Positions 1 to 9,016 of a DNA stretch of 50,038 nucleotides are shown here, piece by piece. The notes below the pieces were generated by a model. That model made no database searches, was not told the origin of the DNA, and saw only the letters and a program-made list of their open reading frames with translations. Both the position numbers and the translations under genes were made by a program. Positions within the stretch are counted from its first letter, which is position 1. Each line of letters opens with the position of its first letter. Source of the DNA: Bdellovibrionales bacterium (lineage in GTDB: Bacteria > Bdellovibrionota > Bdellovibrionia > Bdellovibrionales > UBA1609); NCBI GenBank assembly GCA_050246815.1, contig JBFWVI010000021.1, forward strand, positions 1 through 50,038. The letters run 5' to 3'.

Positions 1-408
1 GCGGCTTTTTAAAAACGCGCGGATATGATCCGGGATCGACATTTTTTTCATCAGCTGTTTGTTAATAAAAACATGAGTCGTGCGAACTTCGGCGCACAGG
101 TTTTTTTGATCATCTAAAACTTCGCTCAGCAAAACCAAAGACGAATCCCCAAGTTCAGTGACCCTTTGTCGCACGAAGCACTTATGGCCGGGGCGAAGCG
201 GGCGTTTGTACTCGGCTTCAACATGCTTGAGGGGCACTCCCCATTCGGGGTGGTCGAACCACTCTTGCCAGGTGATCGGGCTATTATTCAAACTGAGCTC
301 AAATGCCCGTTCGGCCAGACGAAAGTAATTGGCGAAAAATGCAATTCCGGCCGGGTCACCGTCATCAAAGTGCACGAACATTTCAATTTCCACCGGCCCT
401 GATTGCAT
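1..408 (-). CDS. Acyl-CoA thioesterase, 4HBT/hotdog family (possible DHNA-CoA hydrolase); partial, runs off the left edge
   Basis: Not in the ORF track. Manual translation from ATG at 408 gives MQSGPVEIEMFVHFDDGDPAGIAFFANYFRLAERAFE...GVPLKHVEAEYKRPLRPG..., the D-x-D-P-A-G-I-x-F-x-N-Y 4HBT motif. Open to position 1. Divergent from the polyprenyl synthase/menA genes. Confidence 0.85.
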   Translation of the reverse strand, partial: MQSGPVEIEMFVHFDDGDPAGIAFFANYFRLAERAFELSLNNSPITWQEWFDHPEWGVPLKHVEAEYKRPLRPGHKCFVRQRVTELGDSSLVLLSEVLDDQKNLCAEVRTTHVFINKQLMKKMSIPDHIRAFLKSR

Positions 409-489
409 TCCATACAGGTATCGAGGTTGTAACACTTGGGGTACCGCGTTCTTTTTGCGACAAGACGCGTCAACAAGCTTTGACGCGGA

Positions 490-515
490 TCTTAACCAAA
501 AGGTGCCAGGCACCT
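490..515. repeat. Copy 1 of a 26-bp dispersed repeat containing the palindrome AGGTGCC-A-GGCACCT (REP-like)
   Basis: TCTTAACCAAAAGGTGCCAGGCACCT is identical at 490-515 and 46688-46713. Confidence 0.85.
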
Positions 516-558
516 AAAGTTGACTTGCCTCGTCAATTGGCGGAAAGCTTGGGGGCTC

Positions 559-1491
559 ATGAGAAATATCAAAATTTTTGATCAAAAGGACTTTCCGTCC
601 TACTTGCCGAAACTGAATGCCCTTTATGACGACCTGTTTTCAAGCGGCAAAGGTTTTCGTGCGAAATTGATTCAAATGATGGCCGGCCATTTGAAGCTGA
701 GCGAGCGCCATATCCATTTGCTTTGCCAAACAATCGAGTTTATTCACAATGCCTCTTTGCTTCATGACGATTTGATCGATCGCTCGGCCCTTCGCCGCAA
801 CAAAACAGCTGCGTGGTTAAAGTATTCGCCAGAGTACGCCGTTTTGGCCGGGGATTATTTGCTGGCGCGGGTGATGGTGAATCTGTCGCGCAATGGCAAT
901 CTGCGTTTGATTCAGTACACGGCCGAAATTATCTCGGATCTTTTAGAAGGCGAGTGGATGCAAGACTCGCTGGTCGGCGATATCAAAGTGGGTCTTGATG
1001 ATTTGAATCAAGTGCATGCGCTTAAAACCGCCTCGCTGTTCAAATGGTGTCTGCGTGCCCCCTTCATCGCCCAAGAAAACTACAGTGATGACGTGCACCA
1101 GGTTTTGGAAGAGCTGGGCGGTATTCTGGGGCTGCTGTTTCAACGCAGCGACGATCTTTTGGATTTCGATATTCGTAACTTTGAAGGAAAAGCGATTTTA
1201 GGCGATCTAAAATCGGGCTACTTGAATTCTTTCGGCGCCTTTTTGGCGAAGCCGCTCAGCGAAGAGCAGCGCCGCAAGCTTAAACAAACCCAAACTTTAG
1301 AAGAAGTACGTCAATTAATTGGCGAAGAGCGCTTCAACGCCGCCGCCGTTGAATTTGACCGCATGAACCAGCAGGCCATCGAACTTTATCTGCACCACAT
1401 CGATAATCTTGGCGCGCTTTTAAAGCCTGATGAAACAGGACTTTTGAAAGATTTAAGCGCCTTGCCCAAACCCCTTTACTGGCGCAAGTGA
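559..1491 (+). CDS. Polyprenyl (octaprenyl/heptaprenyl) diphosphate synthase
   Basis: GKGFR, EFIHNASLLHDDLID...RR (FARM), AVLAGD, KTASLF and FQRSDDLLD (SARM) motifs. ATG at 559 follows GGGGG. Confidence 0.93.
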   Translation: MRNIKIFDQKDFPSYLPKLNALYDDLFSSGKGFRAKLIQMMAGHLKLSERHIHLLCQTIEFIHNASLLHDDLIDRSALRRNKTAAWLKYSPEYAVLAGDYLLARVMVNLSRNGNLRLIQYTAEIISDLLEGEWMQDSLVGDIKVGLDDLNQVHALKTASLFKWCLRAPFIAQENYSDDVHQVLEELGGILGLLFQRSDDLLDFDIRNFEGKAILGDLKSGYLNSFGAFLAKPLSEEQRRKLKQTQTLEEVRQLIGEERFNAAAVEFDRMNQQAIELYLHHIDNLGALLKPDETGLLKDLSALPKPLYWRK

Positions 1492-2570
1492 AACCGATGC
1501 AAGTTGAACAGCGTCGCTTCGTCACCTTGACCCGCTCGGATGAAGACTTCGCCGACTATTTGCTTGGCAAGGGGCCCGACGGCTTAAGGGCTTTGCCAGT
1601 GGAATCGTTCGCGATCAATTCCCCGCGTGAGCGAGTGACTTTCGCTCTTGTGGCGCCCGAAAAAATTAAGCGCCCCGCCTGGCTGACACGTTATGTGCTG
1701 GCTTTGCGACTTGAGCTTTTGCCGTTGACGCTGGCGCCGCTACTGGTGAGCTGGGCCGCCATTTGGGTCAAGGGTGGGCAGCTAGCTTTTTTTAAAGTCA
1801 TCTTCATGCTGATCAACATCGTGGCGTTGCATGCCGCAGCCTTTACACGCAATGATTACGAAGATCATCTGCACGGGATCGACCGCATCCAGCGCCGTCG
1901 CGGCAGTCAAGTGATTCAGCGCGGGTGGCTTTCGGCTTTGGAAGTTCGCAACATCAGCCGGGCTGCCCTGCTGGTCAGCGTGATCGCGGGATTGCCGCTG
2001 CTATGGCCACCATCAGCGGATGTGGTGTTGCTTGGAAGTTTAGGTTTGGCCGCGGTTTTAGGATATGGATTTGCCGGTCGAGGTTTTAAAAATCAAGGCG
2101 TGGGTGATGTGGTGGTGGGGCTTTGTATGGGGCCGCTGCTGACATTGGGAGTGGGCAAAATCTTCGCTGCTGAAGAAGCTTTGTGGCTGGCCTGTGTGGG
2201 CTTGCCATTGGGGCTTGGCGCGGTGATTGTCTTTCAACTGAGGCAGCTTGAGACCATCATGACTGAACGCCAATCAGGGGCCGGCACAATGATGGCGCGT
2301 CTTGGCTTTGACCGTGCCAAACGTTGGTTGCAGATGGAGCTTTGGTTTTTGCCCATCTTTACGACTGTGGCGCTGTGGGCATGGGTGCCCACGAAAATGG
2401 CTTTGCTGCTGACGGCCTTGGTGGCCCTGGGGCAATTGCCCCTGCAGCGTCGATTGCGCCGGATCGCTTCGCCGCTGTCATCGGATTTGCTTGGTTTGGC
2501 CCGACACGCGCTGTGGTTTTATATGGCGCTAGCCGGGGCTTTGATTTTGACGGTTGGGGCAGCGGGTTGA
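1488..2570 (+). CDS. menA: UbiA-family prenyltransferase, MenA-like (DHNA polyprenyltransferase)
   Basis: NDYEDHLHGID, RGSQVIQRGW, KNQGVGD and GAGTMMARLG motifs; multiple TM helices; GTGA overlap with the polyprenyl synthase. Confidence 0.8.
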   Translation: MKPMQVEQRRFVTLTRSDEDFADYLLGKGPDGLRALPVESFAINSPRERVTFALVAPEKIKRPAWLTRYVLALRLELLPLTLAPLLVSWAAIWVKGGQLAFFKVIFMLINIVALHAAAFTRNDYEDHLHGIDRIQRRRGSQVIQRGWLSALEVRNISRAALLVSVIAGLPLLWPPSADVVLLGSLGLAAVLGYGFAGRGFKNQGVGDVVVGLCMGPLLTLGVGKIFAAEEALWLACVGLPLGLGAVIVFQLRQLETIMTERQSGAGTMMARLGFDRAKRWLQMELWFLPIFTTVALWAWVPTKMALLLTALVALGQLPLQRRLRRIASPLSSDLLGLARHALWFYMALAGALILTVGAAG

Positions 2571-3322
2571 GCTTGGCGCCGATGTCGGTCTTTTTAGCCG
2601 ACGAACATCCTTTAAATGAAGAGTTGTCCTTGTGGGTGGATCGCCATGGTTGGACCAAAGATCGTCATTTGGTGCCCGGCGTGCAGCTGGAATGGCGCGA
2701 TCAGATCTTGAGCCTTTGTCACCGCGACAAGCGCTTGCCCGCCGTCTATGTGAACTTCATCCATCTTTGGCGCTCGACTCAAATCAGTAAACAAGACCCT
2801 TTCGCCAAGGCCTTGGGGCTTCGGCACGGCTTGAAAAATGTGGTCGATGCAACCGCGGGGCTGGGTGGGGATTTGATCAAGTTGCTGAAATTGGGCTGTA
2901 CAGTGACGGCGATCGAATCTTCGCCAGTGGTGTTTGCGCTTTTGCTGGATGGGCAACGTCGTGCCATGAATGATGAGCGTTGGGTGAATGGCGGATCCAA
3001 GCGCCTGACTCTTCAATTCGGCGAAGCCGAAAAGATTCTGCCCCGTTTGGCAGCGGAAATTTGTGACGTGATTTATCTGGACCCCATGTTCCCCGAAAAA
3101 AGCAAAACTGCCTTAAGCAAAGGTGAAATGCAGATCATGCAAGAGCTTTTTAGCGACTCACAAGATAATCTTTCATCCTTGCTTCGCGCCGCTCGTGAAA
3201 AAGCCAATAAGCGAGTGGTTTTAAAGCGCCCACGTTTGGCGGCAAAGGTGGAGCCTGCGCCCAATTTGGATTTTTTGGGGAATTCCGTGCGCTATGACGT
3301 TTGGTTGCGCTCGACTCTTTGA
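2567..3322 (+). CDS. rsmJ: Class I SAM-dependent methyltransferase, RsmJ-like (16S rRNA m2G1516)
   Basis: VVDATAGLGGD, DVIYLDPMFP, RVVLKRP and VRYDVW motifs. Start is TTG 2567 or ATG 2582. Confidence 0.82.
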   Translation: MSLAPMSVFLADEHPLNEELSLWVDRHGWTKDRHLVPGVQLEWRDQILSLCHRDKRLPAVYVNFIHLWRSTQISKQDPFAKALGLRHGLKNVVDATAGLGGDLIKLLKLGCTVTAIESSPVVFALLLDGQRRAMNDERWVNGGSKRLTLQFGEAEKILPRLAAEICDVIYLDPMFPEKSKTALSKGEMQIMQELFSDSQDNLSSLLRAAREKANKRVVLKRPRLAAKVEPAPNLDFLGNSVRYDVWLRSTL

Positions 3323-4296
3323 AGCCACAGCAACCAGCCTTTGTTTTGTTGCGCCTCTTTTAATTCTTCTAATGCTTGTTCAAAAATATCTTTGGCTTCC
3401 GGTCCCCGCGTTCTTAAGACGCTGAGGTCGGTGATTTTGCTCATTAAGGTGCCCAAGAAGGCTTGGAATTGAAAATCCACCGGATCAAATGTGGGTGCCG
3501 TTGCGGGCCGTGTGACTTCATAAACGTTCGCCAACACCTCAAGCGCGGCAGGCAATAAGATCGCATAGTAAACTGGGGCCCAACTTGTGGAATTGGCGAA
3601 CACCGTTCCACTTTTGCTGGCGTTCCACGACAGAAGGTCATCGGCTTCGTCACTGACGAGCACATTAAAATTTGCAGCCAGGGACTTTAAAACCTCAACT
3701 CTTTGTACGGGCGAAAGTTGAAGATGGCGAAGCTTGCGCAGCTCTAAAGCAATAAAGCTGGCCACATTGTAAGCCATGATGCCCTCAACGGCTCGCGGAT
3801 CAATTTTGATTTCGCTTTTATGGCCCACGAACAAAGTAAAAAGCGCATCGCGAAAAGCGGTGTGGATTTTTAAAAAAACAGCTTCACGATGGGTGAGTGC
3901 GAAGTCGTCCATGTGACGGGTCATTTGAGTGAAGAGGCGAAGGGCCTCAGGAAAATTGGCGACCAACGCCTCGTCGCTCATGCTTTGATCCAGCCAAACA
4001 GCAGCAAAGTTTCGGTACTGTCGGGTTAGCAGATTCAATTCGTGCGACGACTTGGTGGTCTTAGTGGAGCGCAGGCGACGGCGCAGATCCTCGATCAAAG
4101 CCAAGCCAGACTTGGGCAGGGGGTCTAGATCGCGCAGAACTGAGTTTTGTAAAAGCATCGAGTCACAGGCGCTGCCGGGAGCTTCCACTGTCTGCAAAAA
4201 CTCAGTCAGTTTTTGAAAGGATTTTTGATCGGCGGCGGCGGCCGTGTGGCAAAAAAAGGTAAGCAGGATAAGGACGAAGATTTTTTTAAATGACAT
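3292..4296 (-). CDS. Hypothetical secreted protein
   Basis: Long ORF with signal peptide MSFKKIFVLILLTFFCHTAAA. Start could also be 4302. No recognised domain. Confidence 0.7.
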   Translation of the reverse strand: MSFKKIFVLILLTFFCHTAAAADQKSFQKLTEFLQTVEAPGSACDSMLLQNSVLRDLDPLPKSGLALIEDLRRRLRSTKTTKSSHELNLLTRQYRNFAAVWLDQSMSDEALVANFPEALRLFTQMTRHMDDFALTHREAVFLKIHTAFRDALFTLFVGHKSEIKIDPRAVEGIMAYNVASFIALELRKLRHLQLSPVQRVEVLKSLAANFNVLVSDEADDLLSWNASKSGTVFANSTSWAPVYYAILLPAALEVLANVYEVTRPATAPTFDPVDFQFQAFLGTLMSKITDLSVLRTRGPEAKDIFEQALEELKEAQQNKGWLLWLQRVERNQTS

Positions 4297-5461
4297 TGGC
4301 ATCACGCTTTTTCTTGAGGGCTTCGGCTTCATTTTTGATTTGAATAATTCGAACGCGCTTGGCCAACTTTTTCATAAAAAGAGCCTTGGGGCGATAATGC
4401 GCTGATTTTTCAACCACTTCCGAATCAAAAACAATTTGTCCCGCCAATCGCACAACACACTTGCTGGACAAGGTGCTCATCAGCAAGGAGTCGGTCCAAG
4501 ATTCGGCGAAGTCCTCATATGGATTTGTCGCGGCATACAAGGAAACAAAAGGCAGTTTGCGAAATTGAGCCCAAAACGCAGAAGCCTGGGCCGGTGGGAT
4601 CGGTTTGTTCTTACATTCATAAAAACATAACTTATTGAAAAATGAAAAATGAAAGGGGGGGCGCAAAGAATTTTTCTCATAGGCGGTTTTCATGTCGCCA
4701 TTAACCAAGGTGTGCCAGGCCTCGTTTCGCCATGACATCGCCGCAAAGGTTTTGGGTTTGGTCTGCTCATAAAAAACATGGACAGAAGGATCACGACTGT
4801 CGACCTCTAAAAGGGCTTCAGAGCCGACATGTTTGTAATATACTCGATGGCCAACTTCATGGGTGAGTGTCGAGATCAAACGAAAAAGTGGGCTGTCACC
4901 AATTTTCGAATCGTATTCAAAGCTCAAATCTAAACTTGAATCTGATGGCGGCAGCAGGCTTTTTTTACTTCCCAAACCAAATAACCAAAGGGCCTTATTC
5001 GTGTCGGCCTGGCCCTGGGTACCAAGCTCATCAAATAAACGAGAAGACAAACCTATAACATGCTGGTTGGTTTGGCCTTTGAATTTTTCGTTTATAGCGA
5101 TATACCCCATCCAAGGCTCGTCGGGCTGGTTGCGGTGAATGTAAATCGCGGCCAGCGTGCAGATTTCTTGTTGCACCACCGGTGCTAAAAGCTGAAAGGC
5201 CTGTTCAAGGGCCTGTTCGATTTTCTCATCATTTTCTGAAGCACAGATCACGGGACTTTTATCCGTGCGGGCTTTGTTGTGGACGTAGCAGAGCAAGCGT
5301 TTGGGAAAGTGATTGCAATAGGGTTTTTGTGGTGCCCGGGTTTGGGTTTGCCAAATCGGAGTGAGCCACGGCGAATCTTCTGGAAGTTCAACGACTTCGG
5401 CGTGGCTCAAGGAACCTATTAAGGCAACTGCCAAAAGAAGGATGGACGCTGTTAAACGCAT
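4286..5461 (-). CDS. Secreted zincin-type metallopeptidase (HEXXH)
   Basis: Signal peptide MRLTASILLLAVALIGSLSHA; THEVGH zinc motif; downstream FVSLYAATNPYEDFAES third-ligand motif. Confidence 0.75.
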   Translation of the reverse strand: MRLTASILLLAVALIGSLSHAEVVELPEDSPWLTPIWQTQTRAPQKPYCNHFPKRLLCYVHNKARTDKSPVICASENDEKIEQALEQAFQLLAPVVQQEICTLAAIYIHRNQPDEPWMGYIAINEKFKGQTNQHVIGLSSRLFDELGTQGQADTNKALWLFGLGSKKSLLPPSDSSLDLSFEYDSKIGDSPLFRLISTLTHEVGHRVYYKHVGSEALLEVDSRDPSVHVFYEQTKPKTFAAMSWRNEAWHTLVNGDMKTAYEKNSLRPPFHFSFFNKLCFYECKNKPIPPAQASAFWAQFRKLPFVSLYAATNPYEDFAESWTDSLLMSTLSSKCVVRLAGQIVFDSEVVEKSAHYRPKALFMKKLAKRVRIIQIKNEAEALKKKRDANVI

Positions 5462-5474
5462 AGTTGGGTTGTAC

Positions 5475-5490
5475 AGCAAGCTTCATGCCG
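5475..5490 (-). promoter_or_regulatory. Candidate sigma54 (-24/-12) promoter of the metallopeptidase operon
   Basis: Minus strand CGGCATGAAGCTTGCT fits YGGCAYR-N4-TTGCW, 13 nt before the ATG at 5461. Confidence 0.5.
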
Positions 5491-5552
5491 CCAAGGGTTG
5501 CAATTAAACCTGCGCCCAGATCGTAAACCATCAGAACAAGTGACTTTTTTCG

Positions 5553-6422
5553 CTAGTGCAAAAGCTCGCCGCTGTTTGAGCGGAACACGTCGGTTCGGCC
5601 GGTGAGTTCTTGAAAGGCCACAACCATTTCGGTGGGAGCCTGGCCGCGGTCGACAAAAGAAAAATAGCGCTTCAGGTCGGCCAGGGCTTCTTTGTCTAAA
5701 CCCATTTTGCGGCAAAGCAAGGCGCGTCGGCCGATGATGCGTGAATTTTGCGGTTCCACTTTTAGGATCACGTTGTAGATCGCGTAAAGCCGCTCGTGAG
5801 AATCGGTGCGATCATAAATGCGCACCAGATCGTCGCTGTAGCGTAAGAAAATTTTGCGGTTGGGCAGAATGCTCAACGGTTCAGTGGCCGCATTGGGTTC
5901 ATTCACCCGCGCCATGATCTGGATCAGTTCTTCTTCGCTGAGCAGGCGCCCTTCATTGCACAAGTCGATGTAGCTACTGCGTCCGCCGCGGACCCATTTC
6001 AGTAAATAGTGATTGCGCAGCTGGATCAGGTAGGCCGGCAGGTCCAAGTGGGCGGCAAAATGCAGGTAAAGCATGGTGATGGCCAGTGGTGCGCCGGCGC
6101 GATTTTCTAAGACCGGCTTCAGCAGCAGGTGGCGCTCTTGAGTTTCGTGGGTTTTCAGCTGCAGCACCTGAAAACCCTTGGTTTTGAAGTAGTACTGGTT
6201 CAAAAGTTCGAAGCGCTCGGCTTCAGTTAGCCCCTCGCTTTGCGCCATTAGCTCGTAGGTCATGAAGTTCAGGTTGCGCGAAGCCCATTCCATGGAGTCT
6301 TCAGGGCAAAGCCAGCTGTTCAGGCCCACCAAAAGTTGCAAGATGGCGCTGGTGTCCTCAGATCCCAATAGCTCAAGCTCAATGACGAGCTTCTCCCATG
6401 TCATTCGACTTTCGATTTGCAT
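5553..6422 (-). CDS. SirB1-like transglutaminase-family protein with C-terminal TPR
   Basis: LKPVLENRAGAPLAITMLY, NHYLLK, YIDLCNEG and C-terminal RRALLCRKMG...ALADLKRY match the SirB1/Transglut_core2 + TPR architecture. Confidence 0.75.
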   Translation of the reverse strand: MQIESRMTWEKLVIELELLGSEDTSAILQLLVGLNSWLCPEDSMEWASRNLNFMTYELMAQSEGLTEAERFELLNQYYFKTKGFQVLQLKTHETQERHLLLKPVLENRAGAPLAITMLYLHFAAHLDLPAYLIQLRNHYLLKWVRGGRSSYIDLCNEGRLLSEEELIQIMARVNEPNAATEPLSILPNRKIFLRYSDDLVRIYDRTDSHERLYAIYNVILKVEPQNSRIIGRRALLCRKMGLDKEALADLKRYFSFVDRGQAPTEMVVAFQELTGRTDVFRSNSGELLH

Positions 6423-6522
6423 CCTTATTAGGAGGTACGGGATGACTGAAAAAGATTCAAGCTAGGAGTCTACTGCATCGCGTCTGGTTTGACATGAGTA
6501 GTCGAGGATCTGAGAATAAAGC

Positions 6523-7419
6523 ATGACCACGCCAAACCCCGACGAGCTGAAGGTGCGCATTCAAGAACTTGAGGCCGAGGTGCGTGAGCGCGAAAAAGAC
6601 GTGGCCAAATATCGTGACGAATTGGCCAAAGCCAACGGCCGTCTTGAAACACTGATCGCACAAATTCATCAGGAAATTAAATTGGCCCACGCCACACAAA
6701 AAGCGCTGGTGCCCACCGAATTTCCACACGTACCGGGCTTTGAGTTCAGCACCAAATTCGTCGCCAGTATGATTCGCGGCGGTGATTACTTTGATATTTT
6801 CAGCCATGATGATCGCCTGCGTTTTGGCGTGGTGCTGGCCGGTGGCTCGGGGCATAGCATGTCGGCCTTGTTTTTGTCGGTGCTGTTGCGTTTTACCGGT
6901 CAAATGGAAGCGCGCAAAGGAGCTGAGCCCCACAACATCATGAAACAAATGGCTGCCGAGCTGGTGCCCAATATGGAAGAGGGCTCACGCGCTGACATCT
7001 TTTATGGACTGGTGGACCGGCGCAGTTATGAGCTCAGCTACTGCCGCCTGGGAGAGGTGGTGGCCTTGCACCAAGCCTTTGCCGATGGGGAGTTGAAATT
7101 GCTCGAGAGCAATGCGGGGCCGATTTGCCCCGGGTTTGCTGAGGAGTTTCAGTCCAAAACCCTGGCACTCAACCCCCGGGACAAATTGATTTTGTGTTCC
7201 CCGGGCGTATTGGAAGGCCAAAGCTTGCAAGGGGAGCCCTTTGGACTGCCGCGTTTATCGCGCAGTATCGTCGAGGGTGGTAAGCGTGGTGTGCATGAAA
7301 TCCGCAATCAGATTTTGTATGACGTGCAAAAATTCACTTCGGGCCAAGAGCCGCTGCGTGACATGACTGTTGTCGTGGTGGAAGTGAAAGATAAAGTGAT
7401 TAAGCTCGCCAAGAATTAA
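6523..7419 (+). CDS. SpoIIE/RsbU-type PP2C domain protein with N-terminal coiled coil; probably catalytically inactive
   Basis: AHATQKALVP and GGDYFD are retained, but LAGGSGHS, CSPGVLE and LRDMTVVV lack the usual Asp residues. Confidence 0.85.
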   Translation: MTTPNPDELKVRIQELEAEVREREKDVAKYRDELAKANGRLETLIAQIHQEIKLAHATQKALVPTEFPHVPGFEFSTKFVASMIRGGDYFDIFSHDDRLRFGVVLAGGSGHSMSALFLSVLLRFTGQMEARKGAEPHNIMKQMAAELVPNMEEGSRADIFYGLVDRRSYELSYCRLGEVVALHQAFADGELKLLESNAGPICPGFAEEFQSKTLALNPRDKLILCSPGVLEGQSLQGEPFGLPRLSRSIVEGGKRGVHEIRNQILYDVQKFTSGQEPLRDMTVVVVEVKDKVIKLAKN

Positions 7420-7489
7420 TTTCAAAGTGCCAAACTTGACCTGCTTCCAATATGGGTCGTGCTAAAAAAAGCCCACCTGAGGGGGCTTC

Positions 7490-8056
7490 ATGCGAAAACT
7501 GCTTTTATTTGCGCTGCTGCTTGGAACCGTGCCGGCCTTGGCCAAAGACGTCACTTTTGTTTGTCGTGATATTCAGGGACACGAAATGGCCAATGGCGTT
7601 TTGGCGGTTAACTCCAGGCTTCTTGGGCAGCGTCCCGTAATCGGAAAAACAGAGTACGACCGGGTTGCGCGGCAAAAAGGGTTGATTCGTTATTTTGGCG
7701 GCGAAGCCAAGCAAAATTTTGAGCTTTTTGATTGGGAAACAGCACATTTGATTTCGCCACAATATGCCATTGCCGGTAGTTTTTCAGTCGATCACAATGA
7801 ACAAACGGGGCACACCGCTTTTGATCTAGAAATTGTCACGGTGGATTCCGATGCGGGCGAAGATTATGGTGGCGAGGGCGTCCGTCTTCGAATGGAGAGC
7901 GTGGTCCGACCAAGACGCGCCTATGACACCGCCAAAAAAAGACACGTGAAGGCCATGACGCTCGAGACACGCGAAGCCGTGATCGGTGAAATTTCGAATT
8001 ACCGCGATGGTGGTACCGAAAACGAAGAAAAGGTTCTTTGCACCTTTAAAGAATAG
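7490..8056 (+). CDS. Hypothetical secreted protein
   Basis: Signal peptide MRKLLLFALLLGTVPALA; two Cys near the termini; GGGGG before the ATG. Confidence 0.75.
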   Translation: MRKLLLFALLLGTVPALAKDVTFVCRDIQGHEMANGVLAVNSRLLGQRPVIGKTEYDRVARQKGLIRYFGGEAKQNFELFDWETAHLISPQYAIAGSFSVDHNEQTGHTAFDLEIVTVDSDAGEDYGGEGVRLRMESVVRPRRAYDTAKKRHVKAMTLETREAVIGEISNYRDGGTENEEKVLCTFKE

Positions 8057-8121
8057 AGCCCATCTAGGAGTTGTCAGGTGGCGGCTATTTATGAGATGTC
8101 ACTCGAATGACCACTTTGACG

Positions 8122-8136
8122 GTCTCAATCTGAGAC
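8122..8136. promoter_or_regulatory. Palindromic candidate transcription-factor site GTCTCA-N3-TGAGAC
   Basis: Perfect 6-3-6 dyad in a 194-bp intergenic region; extra half-site GTCTCA at 8158-8163. Confidence 0.5.
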
Positions 8137-8202
8137 GGCGTGTAGGGATTTCTGCCCGTCTCAATTTTGCGCTGTTGATTCCTTCTACACTTTTAACATC
8201 TT

Positions 8203-8230
8203 TAAATTCAATCCCGACTTTGGCCGATAT
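8203..8230 (+). promoter_or_regulatory. Candidate sigma28 (FliA) promoter
   Basis: TAAA-N16-GCCGATAT upstream of the SD (GAGGT) and ATG 8251 of the PilZ gene. Confidence 0.55.
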
Positions 8231-8250
8231 ATTAGATGTCGAGGTAAGAC

Positions 8251-8940
8251 ATGCAAAAAATGTTAATTCATTGTCAGGGCGCTGCCGAGCACGGCGAGCA
8301 GATTAAGAATTTCATCGAGACCCGGTTGCCCTATGAAGTGAGCATTTCGTTTGACCGTAAAATGACTCAGGATTTGCTTGGGCAACGCTCGATTCAAATG
8401 CTGTTGTTTGAAACCAACAAGTTCGTGGAAAATGATCTGATTCTTTTAAAAGATGTGCGCGCGTCGGGTTTTGTCTACCCCAGCCTGATTATCGCTGAAT
8501 CCATCGAGGTCCCCAATTTCTTGGCGGTGGCCGAAAAGTTCAAAACCCACCTTTTGACTAAACCATTTGAGTTTAAGGCCTTGCGCGGCATCACCCAAAA
8601 ATTGATGTTGGCGCGTTCGGTGCCGCAACAAATGCACCGTCGCTTTCGCACCCAGCAAAACACGGTTCTTGAAACCTATCTGACCGGCGAAGTGATCTCT
8701 TCACAGATGTACAACCTGTCGGTGGGGGGGGCCTATTTCGAATTCAATGACAAGCCCCGGGTGGCTGTGGGTGATCTGGTGCGCTTGAAAGTGAATCTAA
8801 ACGACGTTTCGCGTGAGCACTGTGTGAACGCCCGGGTGGTTTGGACCACCCGAAAAGGGATGAACGGCGGCGGCTTCGGCGCCGGTGTGCGCTTTATCAA
8901 AGGGCAAGATATCTATCGTCAGTTGATGGACAAGGTCTAA
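8251..8940 (+). CDS. PilZ-domain protein with degenerate receiver-like N-terminus
   Basis: C-terminal HRRFR...YNLSVGGAYF...ARVVW...GAGVRF (PilZ); N-terminal alpha/beta domain ending LLTKPF (REC-like). Confidence 0.8.
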   Translation: MQKMLIHCQGAAEHGEQIKNFIETRLPYEVSISFDRKMTQDLLGQRSIQMLLFETNKFVENDLILLKDVRASGFVYPSLIIAESIEVPNFLAVAEKFKTHLLTKPFEFKALRGITQKLMLARSVPQQMHRRFRTQQNTVLETYLTGEVISSQMYNLSVGGAYFEFNDKPRVAVGDLVRLKVNLNDVSREHCVNARVVWTTRKGMNGGGFGAGVRFIKGQDIYRQLMDKV

Positions 8941-9016
8941 CCAGCATTTTGCAAGACTTGCCAAATCCTAAAAAATCTTAAAGACTAAACCATCATTTTC
9001 GATCTTCGAGGGCTTG

